DNA from: Takakia lepidozioides | Taxonomy: Eukaryota; Plantae; Bryophyta | Length of the DNA: 64,000 nt | Reading direction: 5' to 3' | NCBI GenBank assembly: GCA_030704615.1 | Contig: CM060733.1 | Span: forward strand, 52,514,001 to 52,578,000 | Shown here: positions 38,466-51,988 of the stretch, piece by piece | Numbering within the stretch: the first letter of the stretch is position 1 | Layout: every line of letters begins with the position of its first letter | The notes under the pieces: model-generated | Seen by the model: the letters and a program-made list of their open reading frames with translations, nothing else | Told to the model about the DNA's origin: nothing | Databases searched by the model: none | Translations under genes and position numbers: made by a program

Positions 38466-39697
38466 CAGCGTTGGTCTGGTATGTACAAAAACCCGTGTAT
38501 CAACCCGGTTATGCACCCGGGTATGGAAGCCCCAACTAGACGGTTCCAGATAGGTCGGAAATCCGTCTCGTAACCTACCTGTAGGGTATGATTAGGGTTT
38601 TGGGGAGCGCGATACCCTAGCCGACTGGTCTCGGCTCACCAGTTGTTGATATATATATATATATATATATACGTGTTTCATCATTGGAACTCCGTTGTGG
38701 GTATCGCCGTTCAGGTATCAATGCGCATAGCCTAGAGATGGCTATGTCCATATTGATTCCTTGGATTGTAGCCCACGAGATCACGGTGGAGTGGTCTTTT
38801 CTAAAGTAGTGAGCAATGAGGTATTTGGTCCATAATGTTGCTCATTATATAGTAAGCATGTTTTGCATGCTACGATCAATGTGTGCTTCTTTTTTAAATG
38901 TATTTTTTTTAATACTTTACCCGAAGTTGATATCAGCAGGTATCAAGGTTTCATACCATTGTTGATACTAGGTCTTAAAATGTGAAATGCTGGCATTATT
39001 GGTATATACCATACAAGGCTTCTCATTGTTGAATAATTGGGAGTTTAAGGCTTACGTGTGTACGAGGCAGCGGGCCCATGCAAAGACGCGGGTCGCCTTG
39101 GGTCCCGCCCCAGACCTGGCAGCGGTGGGGTCTGTTGGCCCTGACCCTACAAGGGTCTGTTGAGGTAGGGTCCACCCTCCTCCTAGGCAACCTTGGGGTT
39201 GACAGCTCCCCCTTTATAGTATAAGGAATAAAAAACAGACAAGGTAGTAGCAAATAGTGGATAGTGTGGTGGTTGGGTGCTTCAGATGGCATTCGCGATG
39301 TTGCGGGTTCAAATCCGGTTGGCGCTGCAATGCTTTAATGATGATCATTTTACGGGCGAGTTTCCCCGGAAAAGTCCGGAGAGGGCGGGGCGGTCTGCGG
39401 CGGCAGACCCTGCATTGGACGCGAGCAAATCCGGACCCGCGAGCAGACCCGCCGTTGGACACGAGCATACCCGGACCGTGAGCGGACCCACCGGGTGGCG
39501 GGCGAAGTCGGGGGTGTGCGGTGCCTGGCCCACACGTGAGCCTTAAACTCCCAATTATTCTAAAATGAGAGACCCCTACAAGTACCAAAATCTGGGTTTT
39601 TAAAAAATATTGCATACCCTTCTTTGGGACATTTCTATACTTTTATACTACCAGGACCCTCCTGGTATCTCCAAAACACGATACCAGACCAACACTG
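38466..39697. mobile_element. hAT-type MITE, family B, containing a nested MITE
   Basis: TIRs cagcgttggtctggtat / ataccagaccaacactg; 8-bp TSD gtttgttg / gtttgctg. Confidence 0.8.
39018..39573. mobile_element. Mutator-like MITE with GC-rich core
   Basis: About 43-bp TIRs (tctcatt...gaataattgggagtttaaggct.acgtgtg); 9-bp TSD ccatacaag / ccctacaag. Confidence 0.8.
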
Positions 39698-39799
39698 GTT
39701 TGCTGCTAGGGATCCGCTAGTGTTGGGGCTATAATGGGTCCCGTTTTATTACCTTTGCAATTCCCATGAAGTCTCAAAAATCTCACCTTGGATAATTCT

Positions 39800-41100
39800 T
39801 AACATGACAAGTTCTTGTTGGTTTGAGAACCAATGGTTGTGGATCTCGGTTCCTAACCAGAGTTTTGTGAGAACCTGACATAGACCCCACTGTCCAATAG
39901 ACCCCACTGTCCAATCACCTGGTTTGAAAAATCGTTGCAAAAAATATATGATAAAGAAAACATTGTGACAAGCAAAAATGCAATGAAAAGTAATACAAGA
40001 TATTGTAATACTAAATCAGCCAAAGCAGATGATGCAAGACATCAAATGTTCCCATGCTTGATAATACTTTTTTCTGGTGCTTTGGGTCGGAAAAGAGGAC
40101 TCAACTATCTTCAATTATCTACTAGAATTCAAGAGAGTATGACAAGTATGACAACATCCCTCCAGCTATTAGAGTAGTTGGTGGAGCTCACATGATTATG
40201 AATGCTCTCTCCAACCATGTTCTATAGGATGGAGTCAATGGATGTCACGGTTCACCTATTCCCATTCAAATTTCATATAATTGATAGTCAAGATAAATAT
40301 GACACCAAAACAATCACCAATTCATGATATCAAACAAGTGATAGATATATATCCATCCAATTTTGAGCAACATGTAAAGCACTTGAAGGTTGTGAAGAAG
40401 ATGACCCAACCTATGAAGCCTTCTATAAGCTCTTGGATTGTTTAGCATATTGGCTTTGTTTGAAATTTGCATATGTTTATTTTTCTCAACACTTTCAATT
40501 TTTAGAATGTCATATGGTTCTGGAGAGCTAAACTTATTTTCTAATTCTGTTTTATTTGTTTCATTCTAATCCAGAGTGATGTCAAATGGTTATGGCCCAA
40601 AACTTAAGCTCAATCATTTTTCCTAGTTTTTTCCCATCAGTTTTACTATACTTCAGTCTTCAGATTGTGGCTTCTACTTACTGTTAGATTGTTCAGATGA
40701 GGTGTTTATATTAATAGAAAATTACTGTAATTGTCTACATCTGGTCTTTTGAAACACAAAAATCTAGGTGATATGAAAAAACTATGACCCAAAACTTGAG
40801 CCCCTCTATATGCTCTTGTTTATTCATGTTTAATGACATTAGAACTAAAACTTGTTCTGTAATACATGGTTTAGATTTTTCCGCATGGGATTTCATGTCA
40901 AAGAATTTTTGAGAGCTTTGAGAAATCTCAAACTTCATTTCAACCTCCAGCTCGTAAGCAACAAAATCGAGGTTGCATAATTGGACCTTGTTTGAAATGA
41001 AAATCTTAATTGCTACAAAGAAAAACTAGTGGGAGCAAATTCACTTGGGGATTTACATGCAAATGAAAATAATATCGGGAGAGAAGAAGTAGAACTTGAT
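39800..41100 (+). mobile_element. Possible highly decayed hAT transposase 3' remnant
   Basis: Only weak motifs: WWSSH (~40180) and HNWTLFE...YMQM (~40975-41065) resemble the hAT dimerisation region. Confidence 0.3.
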
Positions 41101-42175
41101 TGCAAAATGGATTGAGATGAAAGGTGTTGTAACCGATCCAAGATCCAAATGTATGTAAGAAAAAATGGGAGAAATTATTTGGTCATCAATTATGACAAAG
41201 ATGTTATATCTGGTCATATAAATTCGTTCTATGAGATGACTCCTTAAGAAAGATGAAGAAAATGATATATTATATATTTTTTCCCATAAGAGCTAATTTG
41301 TAATGCAAGTGTGACAGGTGCACCTCATGTCCTTTTGTTGTTGCTCAGTATTGGGCGATTTCTATCTGTGGCTGTTTGTTTTAGTACCAATGCGGAAGTA
41401 GCACTATGAGTTGTTGCCTTGTGCATCAATGGATTGTGGGCATAGCAACAGCTAATTCTAGATTCTAGAGGTTTTCGTCAGTCAGTCAAAGTTGTCCCTT
41501 CGTGGCACGGAACCTGTTTGGACGTAGACGATGATGTTCAGATGATGTTCAGAAGGCGTTCGAGTATTTGGTTACATTCTTATTATATGTTTATGTTGAG
41601 AGGAAGGAGGCCAAGGGGGACAGGGGAGGGAGTGGGGGTGGGGGTGGGGCAAGGGTGTGTTTGGGTTATGATCCAATGAATGTGGTGGATTTAGTATTAC
41701 TGAATACAAAGAAAAGTGCCACATGCCCTGGATCAAACAGTGGGTTTGCTACTGATAGAATGAGAATAGGCCCCCCAAGTTTGAGTGGGCCCTGTCCGTT
41801 AGAGGATGGTCCAGGAATTAAAAAGAGGGGATATTTAGTAAGCTACACAAGGATTTGAAGAAACAACCCCTCTGTAAGGGGGTAAAAAAAAAGACGGTAG
41901 GAAGGCGACAACTATTAAATGGAGGATGGTTTAGGCATCAAATTGGGGTGAGTAGAGTATACGTATCCAGCGGTGGTTTCTAGGGGTGACATGTGTGGGG
42001 GCAACCTTCTAGAAAGGTCTACGAGAGCTTGGGGCCGCCGGCCTCAGGTATATAAAGGAGTAGAGCGCTCTCCTCTCCTACCTCTTACTAGTTACTTACT
42101 AAGTTAGTACCTATTTTAGTGGGCTCTACATAGGCATGACCCGCAAAAAAAAGATGCAAACATGAACCATAGCTA

Positions 42176-45100
42176 TCAATATACGAAGCGAGAAGTTTGT
42201 TTGTTTGTTTGTTTTGTTTTGCTTTGTAGCGTTGAGATGTCCCAAACTACGGGCCCGACACTGGTGCTTGATCCCGTTGGAAAGCCCTCGATGAGGAGGG
42301 GTGCACCGGCTTGGTCTCATGGCTTTAGGACCTACGGTGTGGGAGATACGGAATTCCAAGTACTTTTGGTCGCTGGAAATTCACAAAAAATAGCAAAAAT
42401 GGCAAAGTGGGCATTCATGGGACAATGGTTGGAGCCTCGACGGGAGAGATATCAAGGGAAAGGTCTCCGGTTCAAATCTGGTCGTAGGCTCTATTGAAAA
42501 AAATGATTAGATATGGCTTACTTCATATATTGATGCACTTGGACTTAGATGACATTGGACACTTGGGCCAACGGCACAGGCTAGCCAATGATTGAAACCT
42601 AGACGGGAGATATATCAATAAAGATTGGATATATTACGACTCAATAGTTCATGTGAAAAACTAATATGGGGCTTGACATGGGAGACGTACTTGAATACAT
42701 AGGAGATTGCACTTGGGCCTCTACATGGGAGATGAACTTGGATACATGAATAGAAGATTGCTTAGATGGGCCTCAACATAGGAGATGCATTGGGATACAT
42801 AGGAAATTGCACTTGGTCTTAGATTTCAATTCTTCACATATGGGCCAAAGGTACAAGCTACCCTAGAGGTTGCAATTGGGCCTCGACGTAGGAGACGCCT
42901 TGGGATACACATAAGATCTTACACTTGGGCTTAGATGACATTGGACACTTGGGCCAACGGCACATGCTACCCTAGTCTATCTATGAATTAAGACGATTTG
43001 TTTGTTTTGTTTTGTCATGTTGAGATGTCCCGATCCGCGAGGCCCCAACCTTGGTGCTTGGTACCGTTGGAAAGCCCTCGACGAGGAGGGGTGCACGGGC
43101 TTGGTCTCACGATTTTTGGACCTGCGGTGGAATTCCAAGTACTTTGGGTCGTTGGAAATTCACAAAATATAGCAAAAATTGCAAAGTGGGCATTCTTGGG
43201 ACAATGGTTGGAGCCTCGAGGGGAGAGATATCAAGGGAAAGGTCTCCGGTTCAAATGTACATGGGAGATGCACTTGGATACATGAATAGAAGATTGCACT
43301 TGGGCTTAGATTTCAATTCTTCACACATGGGCCAACGGCATAGGCTACACTAGAGGTCGCATATGGGCCTCGACATAAGACACCAGCCACTTGAATACAT
43401 AAGAAATTGGGCTTAGGTTACAATTCTTCACACATGGGCCTTGACATAGGAGACGATACTTGAATACATAGGGGATTGCACTTGGACTTAGATTTAATTC
43501 TTAACACATGGGCCAATGGCACAGGCTACCCTAGGCCTAGATCTCCCAAACATGAGGGTCTATAGATACATAGGGGATACATAGGGTACATGCTATCGTA
43601 GGCTCTGTGGAAAAAAATGATGAGAAATGGTACTTTTGGTCGCTGGACAATGATTGCAGCCTCGACATGAGAGATATAAAGGGAAAGGTCTCCTGTTAAA
43701 ATCTGGTCGTAGGCTCTAGGAGACACACTTGGATACATAGAAGATTGCACTTGGTCTTAGATTTTCAATTCTTCACATGTGGGCCAAAGGTACATGCTAT
43801 CCTAGAGGTTGCACTTGGGCCTCGACATAGGAGACGCACTGGGATACACAGAAGATCTCACACTTGAACTTAGATGACACTTGATACTTGGGCCCACGGC
43901 ACATGCTACCCTAGAGGTCGCATTTGGACCTCGACATAGGAGACACACTTGGATACAGAGATGATTGCACTTGGACTTAGATGACATTGGATGCTTGGGC
44001 CAACAACACTCGCTACCCTAGTCAATATATGAAGGGAGACGTTTGTTTTGTAGCGTTGAGATGTCCCACACCGCGAGGCCCCGACGTTGGTGCTTGGTAC
44101 GTTGGGAAGCCCTCGATGAGGAGGGGTGCACGGCCTTGGTCTCATGATTTTTGGACCCGCCGTGTGCGAGATATGCAATTTCAAGTACTTTGGGTCGCTG
44201 GAAATTCCCAAAAAATAGCAAAGTGGGCCGCTTCTTGGGACAATGATTGGAGCCTCGACACGATCGCATATCAAGGAAAAGGTCTTCGGTTCAAATCTGG
44301 TCATAGGGCTCAGTGGAAAAAAAAATGATTAGACTTAGATAACATTGGACACTTGGGCCAACGGGACAGGCTACCCTAGAGGTCACACTTGGGCCACGAC
44401 ATAGGAGACGCACTTGGATACATAGGAGATTGCACTTGGGCTTAGATAACATTGGACACTTGGGCCAATGGCACAGGCTACCCTAGAGGTCGCACTTGGG
44501 ATTAGAGATAGTGGACAATTGGCCCAACAGCACATGCTACCCTAGAGGTCGCATTTGGGCCACGACATATGAGACACACTTGGATACATAGGGGATTGCA
44601 CTTGGACTTAGGTGACACTGGACACTTGGGCCAACAGCACGGGCTACCCTAGTCAATATATGAAGCGAGACGTTTGTTTTGTTTTGTTTGTTTTGTCACA
44701 TTGAGATGTCCCAAACCGCAAGGCCCTAGCGCTGGTGCTTGATACCGTTGGGAAGCCCTCGACGAGGAGGGGTGCACGGGCTTGGCCTCATGATTTTTGG
44801 ACCTGCGGTGTGGGAGATGTGGAATTTCAAGTACTTTGGGTTGTTGGAAATTCACGAAAATAGCAAAGTGGGCATTCTTGGGACAATGGTTGGAGCCTCG
44901 ACATGAGAGATATGAAGGGAAAGATCTCTGGTTCAAATCTGGTTGTAGGCTCTCTGGAGAAAAAATGATGAGATATGGCTAAAAGGAATTTCAAGTATTT
45001 TTGGTTGCTTGACAATGATTGGAGCCTCGACATGAGAGATATCAAGGGGAAGGTCTCCGGTTCAAATCAGGTTGTAGGCTCTGTGGGAAAAAAATGATTA

Positions 45101-45499
45101 GATAGATGCACTTGGACTTAGATGACATTCGACACTTGGCTGAAAAAAATAAATGGGGCCTTGACATGGGAGACACACTTGGATACATAGGAGATTGCAC
45201 TTGGACTTAGATGACAGTGGACACTTGGGCCTATACATGGGAGATGCATGAATAGAAGATTGCACTTGGGCTTAGACGGCCTGGACATAGGAGACACACT
45301 TGGATACATAGGAAATTGCGCTTGGTCTTAGATTTCAATTCTTCACACATGGGCCAACGACATAGGTTACACTATAGGTCGCACTTGGATTTCGTGAAAA
45401 ATAGCAAAGTGGGCTTTCATGGAACAATGACATGGAGATCTCCCAAAACTGCAGGTTCTCTAGAGACATTGGAGCCTTGGGCGGCACAGGCTACCCTAG
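42176..45499 (+). mobile_element. Head-to-tail array of four non-autonomous Helitron-like units with internal satellite-like repeats
   Basis: Starts A|TC at 42176 and ends CTAG|T at 45499, with CTAG|TC junctions at 42975, 44021 and 44652. A hairpin-like gccaacggc motif precedes ctaccCTAG; no TSD. Confidence 0.8.
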
Positions 45500-45877
45500 T
45501 ATTAAAGCCCCCATTTGTGAGAATAACTTATTATTTCTCTAAAGATAAGGTACTCAATGGTACCTTGAAGATCTCATAGCGAGTCTGGGATTTTCCTTGC
45601 GGGGGATAGGGACAATCCTGCAGTACAAATCGTCCACAAGTTTAGGGCCTCTACTCTTTTCTTTGGGTTTCACTGCAGCCCTTAGAGCAGATATGGAATT
45701 CATTTGCTCGTTTACTAACAAGTTGGTCAACAGCAGATTGCTCACTGGCCTTTTGAAGATGGGAGGTGGAAGGTATGGCACAATCTGTTATTTTTCACAA
45801 GCCTCCTTAAGAATCAGCCAAGAGATTTTGGAATTTTGCTTGGCCTATAAAGGCCCTTTAAAATAAAAATAAAAATT

Positions 45878-47170
45878 AGAGAACAGGGGACGGTGGCCCT
45901 GGTTATTTTTATTGAGAATGAGAGGAAAAAATAACATGAAGGCCATACAAGCTACCACAAATTGTTCATGCAGTAAAGCTACAGACGATCTATCACTCCA
46001 TTTCTAAGAAGGCAGATGCAGAGCGCAAGAGGGGCAGAGCTGATTGTGCACGGGAAGGTCGATCAGCGTTTGGAGCGGAGTGAGTCCAAGTTGAGGACTG
46101 CTTTTGCTTTGGAGCTGCGATTCTTGCGGTGGCGCCAGTTGATGTCTTCGTCCACCTCGAGAGAAGACAACCACAGATTAGGCGAACCCCCAGCCTGCTG
46201 GAAGGTGGGAGGTCCAGGTAGTACCAGACTCGGAAAATCCCGAGCAGACGACCCCACCCCTTCCCCAAGACTTGTTGAAATTCGCAACGAGGGTGTCATG
46301 TTTCTCCTCAGAGCATCTGCGCAAATCTGAAAGCAGCACCCCCCAAGCTTTTTTGCCTTCAATTAGCAGTTCACAATAAACTGGATGCAAGGTGGCTGAA
46401 TATGAAACCACGGCGTTAGAGAAGACACAGTTGCATCTGTTCTTCCATAGATGCCATAACGTGATTGCTCGAAGATACCCAAAAAGGGCAATTCGATCAA
46501 GTAACATCAGAATTGATATTTAGCAAGTGTATAACTAGATTTGTGGCTGGGACAGAATTCCAGGCCGCATAGAAGGATCTGACTTTGGACCAGATTAGTT
46601 GAGCAAAAGCACATAAGAATAGACAATGTTCAAGCGTTTCGGAGAACCCTCAAGCACAGACTTTGCAGTTGCTTTGGTCCTGTCTGTATGCTCCCAGCGG
46701 GAGAATCCTGCTAGAGACTCTCCACAAGAATCCAGTCATTTTTCCTGATCTGGCTTTGAGCCAGACATCTTTCCAAATAAGATTCCAGTTAGAAAAATTG
46801 GGAAGAATGTAAGCCCACTTGTCCTGCCATTTGGCAGAAGGAATCCTTTTATCAAGGATGCAGCGATAGCTGATACGAGCAGTATAGCCGAAGAAGGGAA
46901 TCCTGCCCGGCCAGTGCCATTCACCAGGATCAAATGGGAGGTCCGCCACAGGAAGATTGTGGAACCAAACGAGGGTTTGTGAAGACAGCCAGTGATAAAG
47001 GTCCGTTGTTGGAGAGGGGATGGGGTCAATAGCACCTGTAAGAAATCCAAGAGAGTTAACTTGAAATGATAGACCTCTTGCCAATTTTTTCACGACAATC
47101 CCACAGGTGAGCAGTTCTTCTGTAGCCTTTCCAAATAATAAAAGAAAACGAAATAACGGCAAGCTTATCA
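45878..47170 (-). mobile_element. L1-type LINE 3' fragment (zf-RVT region)
   Basis: WKDVWLKARSGKMTGFLWRV...CKVC*GFSETLEHCLFLC..AQLIW and LWHLWKNRCNCVF; AATAAA near the 3' end. Confidence 0.8.
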
Positions 47171-50010
47171 TGCATCCAATCGGGAGGCAGGGGGTAAAGC
47201 AGGAAAGTTATTAGTTATCCCAGCACTCGTTCACTGTTCACGGTCTTGCAGATGGCCGCGTGCCTTTTGGCGGCTACTCCAGGACCCAACATCATCTTCA
47301 TGGCTCTTCCATGGACCCCACGCGTCCCTTGTTTCCTCTGCACTCTTCCGTGTGAGGTTTTTTTGGGTTCTTTTTTTAAACTTGTAGGTAAGCGGACAGA
47401 GGTTGGCTGCCCTCCTCAGACCCATCAACAAGCAATTCCCTTTTGAACAAAAGAGGGGAATGGCCCTGCAACTCATTATCTGTCTTGGAAAAATTCACTA
47501 AGGTTGACTTTGGAGTATGTGTATAGAAAGAGAGGGCGATTTTGCAATTGAGCTCACATGGGATTGTATGATGGAGCTGGGACAACATGACAATAGTACC
47601 CCCTTTGGCACTTCTACACTGACTCTAGGTAGATAGAAACTTCTGCCACTAAAGATACTTGTGTAAATAACTTGTCAGCAAGGCAGTACCCAAGGAATGT
47701 CCAGGCAACAGCCAAGATAATGTTGCAGTCAAGTAGGCTCTGCACACAGTCTTCAGCGTCAATCTACCGAACTTAGGAACTTGTGGTTTCCCTGTTTTCT
47801 AGTTCTTGCAAATTCTTCGTTTGTTTTATGGTTGACAGTATGCTCAGGGCATAGTACATATGGTACCTGAGAGACATATGTCCCACACAGCGTTTCTTTT
47901 AAGGTATTTACATTGTAGCACAAGTGGCGTCCTTGAGAAGCGCCTTAGGGGAGCACGTATGGCGCTGGTACAAAATACAGGGTCGAAATATGTGGCGAGA
48001 ATATGAGATCTGGATTGGGTGTTGGGCGAATGAATCTAAAACATAGTCCAAGAGGTCCTCAACTTGCCGACGTGTCCTTTCATCCCCAAAAAATGAGTAA
48101 GTGACATTCTCATTCTGTTTTGTAAACCTCTACCACCCTTTTTATCTTCATTCCTCTGCAATCACCCTTTTGCCCTCCTACACGGCCACCTTTTCCATAT
48201 ATTTATGAACTTTATCATCCAAACCACCTTACTATAGAAAAAATACAGAGGTATTGGATATTTGAATACCAAGTCCCACTAATATCAGGAGAGTCTTCTA
48301 CCTCTCAGCCAACTACACACATTACACATACTTTAAACAACAAATTCTATCAATATAGAGTTAACACATATGTATATCTATACAGGAAAATGGGCTGGCT
48401 CCACGTCCTCCCACCCTCTGGGGATAGGGCGATATCCTGCAGGTGGTTGGTGGGATCTGGCTCCTCGGTTATGAAATGCCTCCCTTCAATATGGCGACAT
48501 GTGCCTCCCTCTTCCGGCCCCTCTGGCGATTGATGGGCCCACCAAATCAGTTTTTGGCGAAATCCTTAACCCCATTTCCCTTAGCTCCTGTCGCCAGGAC
48601 CTGCGCGAGGTCGAAATCTGGCGATTATTCGCCACTAAAAGAATGGCTGGTCCCACACTTGTCCAGAGCAGGATATCACAGGAAAATAATAAATGGTGAT
48701 TTTAGTTTGACAAGGTCCAAGATTGACGGGGCTTTTAGTGTTGCTGACATGCAACACGAGAAAGAGCCAAAAAGAAAGCATAAGACGATGTTGCCGATCC
48801 GTGCCGCCTGCTCAACATTCAGTTTGCTGGCATTTATGCAGATGTCACGGTGGAATGATAGCTGGTGCAGCACGAGCAGTCGGCGGTGTAGAGCAAGGCT
48901 CGTGCAGCACGAGCAGTCGGCGGTGTCGAGCAAGGCTCGTGCTGCACGCACCACTGCGAGATGATCACTCCTTCGGTGCCACGCTCTCGGGAACGGGACC
49001 CTCCACCATTGCGGCGTGCCGCGTGGGGGCATCCCCTTCAGGTGGCGATCCCGTTATTCCCGCATACTCTCGACAGCTGGTGCTGCAAGGCAAACGCTGT
49101 CGGCTTTATGGATCGCACTCTCGTGAGTGTGATGGGATAGAATCATGCTATCAAATCAGCTCGAAGCTTTGATCGCTGACAGAATATGCGCTTACCGTGG
49201 ACGTCACTAGTGGTACTGCATGACATGTAGTTGAGGATTTCGGAGGATCGAAGTTTATAGTTTATACGTGAGAAGGACTCGAGGCTTCGTGAGGAAGACG
49301 AGATGGGTCTGGACAACTAGGCACTCCAGTTTCTGGAATCCGATTAGAATCTGGACCGATGCTGAATGATGCATACTCCTTGTATGGGTCTGGATAGTGT
49401 TTTCGGCACTCCCTGAACCTCGGATCTCACACCTCTACTGTGCTAATTGAGTTACTCATCGAGCAGGAGTTTTGGACAGCTTCGCAAGTCAAGTTGCCTT
49501 GAAGATGATGTACCCACACCCCTCAAGCCGGTTGGATGATGATTGATTTGAATATCGCCGGTCTATTTCATGTTTAAGTGCCTTGGAGCTTCCACCTAGA
49601 TGATCTGAATGACCATCTGCATGACCTCTTATGACTCTCGTGATTATACCAGTGAGTCTGCCTGGCTTGAATCTTCACCGTAAGCAGATGGTTTATAAAC
49701 GATCGAATATCACGTTGTCAATCTCTGTTGGCTTGCACTATTAGCAGTTGGATCCTTTGACTGTCTGGGACGATCTTCACATCTATAGTCCGTCCGAGTA
49801 GTAAATGAATTAGAGTTCGGTGCTTGTTGTACATCGACGCGAGTTCCGCAGAATCGCGTTCTCGTTTCGTTCCGGAGAACGCGATATACTAGAAGGTGCA
49901 CTGCAGCTTACTTAAGCTCTTTCTTGTGGTGCTGGCAGGTTTGGAAAAATGTAGCGTCACGACGTGTTCAGTCTGGCTTACGATCAGTGATTGCAGTTGA
50001 GAGCTGATCA

Positions 50011-51988
50011 ATGGGTGAAACGTTTGATCCGATCACAGACGTGCCAACCCCTGCTGACGAAGTAGCAAGTGATCTCCTCCTGGGGCCAAACCCCTCGAGA
50101 AGCGCGGTTGTGGCAATGACGGAAGGTTATACAGTAGAGACATTGGTGGAGATGTCCGAAAAGAAGCTTATTGGGCTATTGGATGGCCTGCAGAACACGA
50201 AGGGTCTTGGATTACTTGATTACTCGCGCATTGTGAAAGCTGTCTGGTGCGAGAAAAAACATCTTTATGATGGTAGGCGAGTCAAAATTTACCTAGGCCC
50301 TCCTGCTTCCTAACAGCTCTATCGATCCTATCGACCCTTGTTGGTGGACTGTGTTGTTGTCGTTGTTGCAGGCCATCTGATAATCTCTCCACATGCTACA
50401 ATTAGCTCACAACCGGGAGACTTTGAACATATTGTTTCATTGCATTAGTCTGGCCTTCATATTTCCATAGTTCATGGTACGCACAGCGAAGAGGGATCGG
50501 AAGAACAAGGTCTGCGTTACGTAACACGCATCAGACAGCTTACATACTTCACACTGTTTTGGTGCCAATCTTCCCATGATGTGTGTGGGTCTCCTAGGGA
50601 TCATTTATATGCGGATCTAGAACCTTAAGTAGCACTTGGAGGTAGAACCAGGATCGCAGTCTCTCCATCTTAGCTGTTGGATGTATGTTATATTATTGTA
50701 TGTTTTTGGATGTCCCGAAAAAGGTTGACGGGCTGATCTTAGGCAGAGCAAGTTGGGACCATGCACGAAGGCAATTCTGACACAGATAGAACATGTTTCC
50801 GAGGGAGTTAATGGTGTCTAAATCCTTTGTCTCACAGGATGGAAGCGGAACAAGGTCATAAGCAGGATGGAAAGACTACCACAGACAGGGATGTCCGAAG
50901 AGTTATGGAGTAGGCTACCCGAGCACCTGCTGGACAGGATCTTGGCCTGCTTGCCTCTGCCAGCTCTTCTTTGCATGCGCCCTGTGTGTAAGAGATGGAG
51001 CTCCCTTTTGTCAACCCAAAGCTTCCTGGATGTTTATACAGAGGTTCCCCGAGAATCTTCGCAGCTCTTGGCAATCTTTGAGAGGGGGGAGCATGGTGTT
51101 GTCACGAATGGGTGCTTCACGTTCTGCTCCGTTTCCGAGAGGTGGTACAATATAGCATTAAGCTCTCCGCCTTTCAAAGAGAGTGATCAGTTAGCAGCAG
51201 GCGGGGGCCTAATCTGCTATGTACCACAAAACGATGGAGAAAACGAGGATTTTCTGGTGGTGTGTAACCCACTGACCAAGGCGTGGAGGGCAATCTCTCT
51301 CTCAGGACGTATTCAGATGCAGTCTCTGCTTGCCATGGCGGTGGACAAAACCACTCATGCGTACAAGGTCATTGTGACAGCCCTACTCAAGAAGGTGAAT
51401 GGGCCACGGTTAGATGCCTTTGATCTCACAACCCAGGTCTACGATTCTCTAACAAAGACATGGAAAGTTACGGGTGTCTTACCTCCCGGTCTCCTTTTCC
51501 CACTACATTCGGTTTGGTGCAACGGCTTTCTCTACGGGTGGTGCAGCAAAGCTGATCAGATATGGATCTACGACATAGATCGAGGCCTTTGGAGGGGAGA
51601 GAAAATAAAAATGCCGGATTATGCGTTGAACTCCTGCAACATGCATGTTGTGGAATGTCGAGCCCGACTTTTCTTGGTAATCGAGACTGGATACACCGGG
51701 CATAGCCCTCAAATCTGGGAGCTCGAGCCATCAAGTATGGAATGCACAGAGGTCGCTCGAATGCCTCCAGAAGTATTCGAAGAGTTTCTGGAGAAGGTTG
51801 GTGAGTTCCAATGTGTAGGATACAACGATACCGTCTGCTTCATTGCAGATGACATCCCAGATGTTTTGTTCTATCATCTCGGCAAGGAGCTGTGGCTGTG
51901 GATGTCCAGATGCCCCCAGTTTTTGGACTGGCATCCTTACGGATACGTAGGAGTTGCCTTGGAACTACGTCCAGATGTATCCGTGTAA
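50011..51988 (+). CDS. F-box/kelch-type protein with a predicted N-terminal LEAFY-like SAM domain (exons 50011-50272 and 50838-51988, 470 aa)
   Basis: F-box LWSRLPEHLLDRILACLP...VCKRW; beta-propeller motifs AAGGGLIC, VVCNPLTKAW, TQVYDSLTKTW. The G|GTAGGC donor and CAG|GA acceptor join exon 1 in frame. Confidence 0.85.

Noticed and set aside
38440-38671. Poly-G run and (AT)n microsatellite
   Set aside because: Ordinary simple repeats; the polyglycine ORF over the G run is an artefact.
42126-45579. Repeated ORFs such as LVLDPVGKPSMRRGA
   Set aside because: They are chance translations of non-coding Helitron repeat units.
48443-49172. Overlapping ORFs of 118-173 aa containing a two-copy ~37-bp repeat
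   Set aside because: No recognisable domain or splice link to the F-box gene, so coding status is unsupported.
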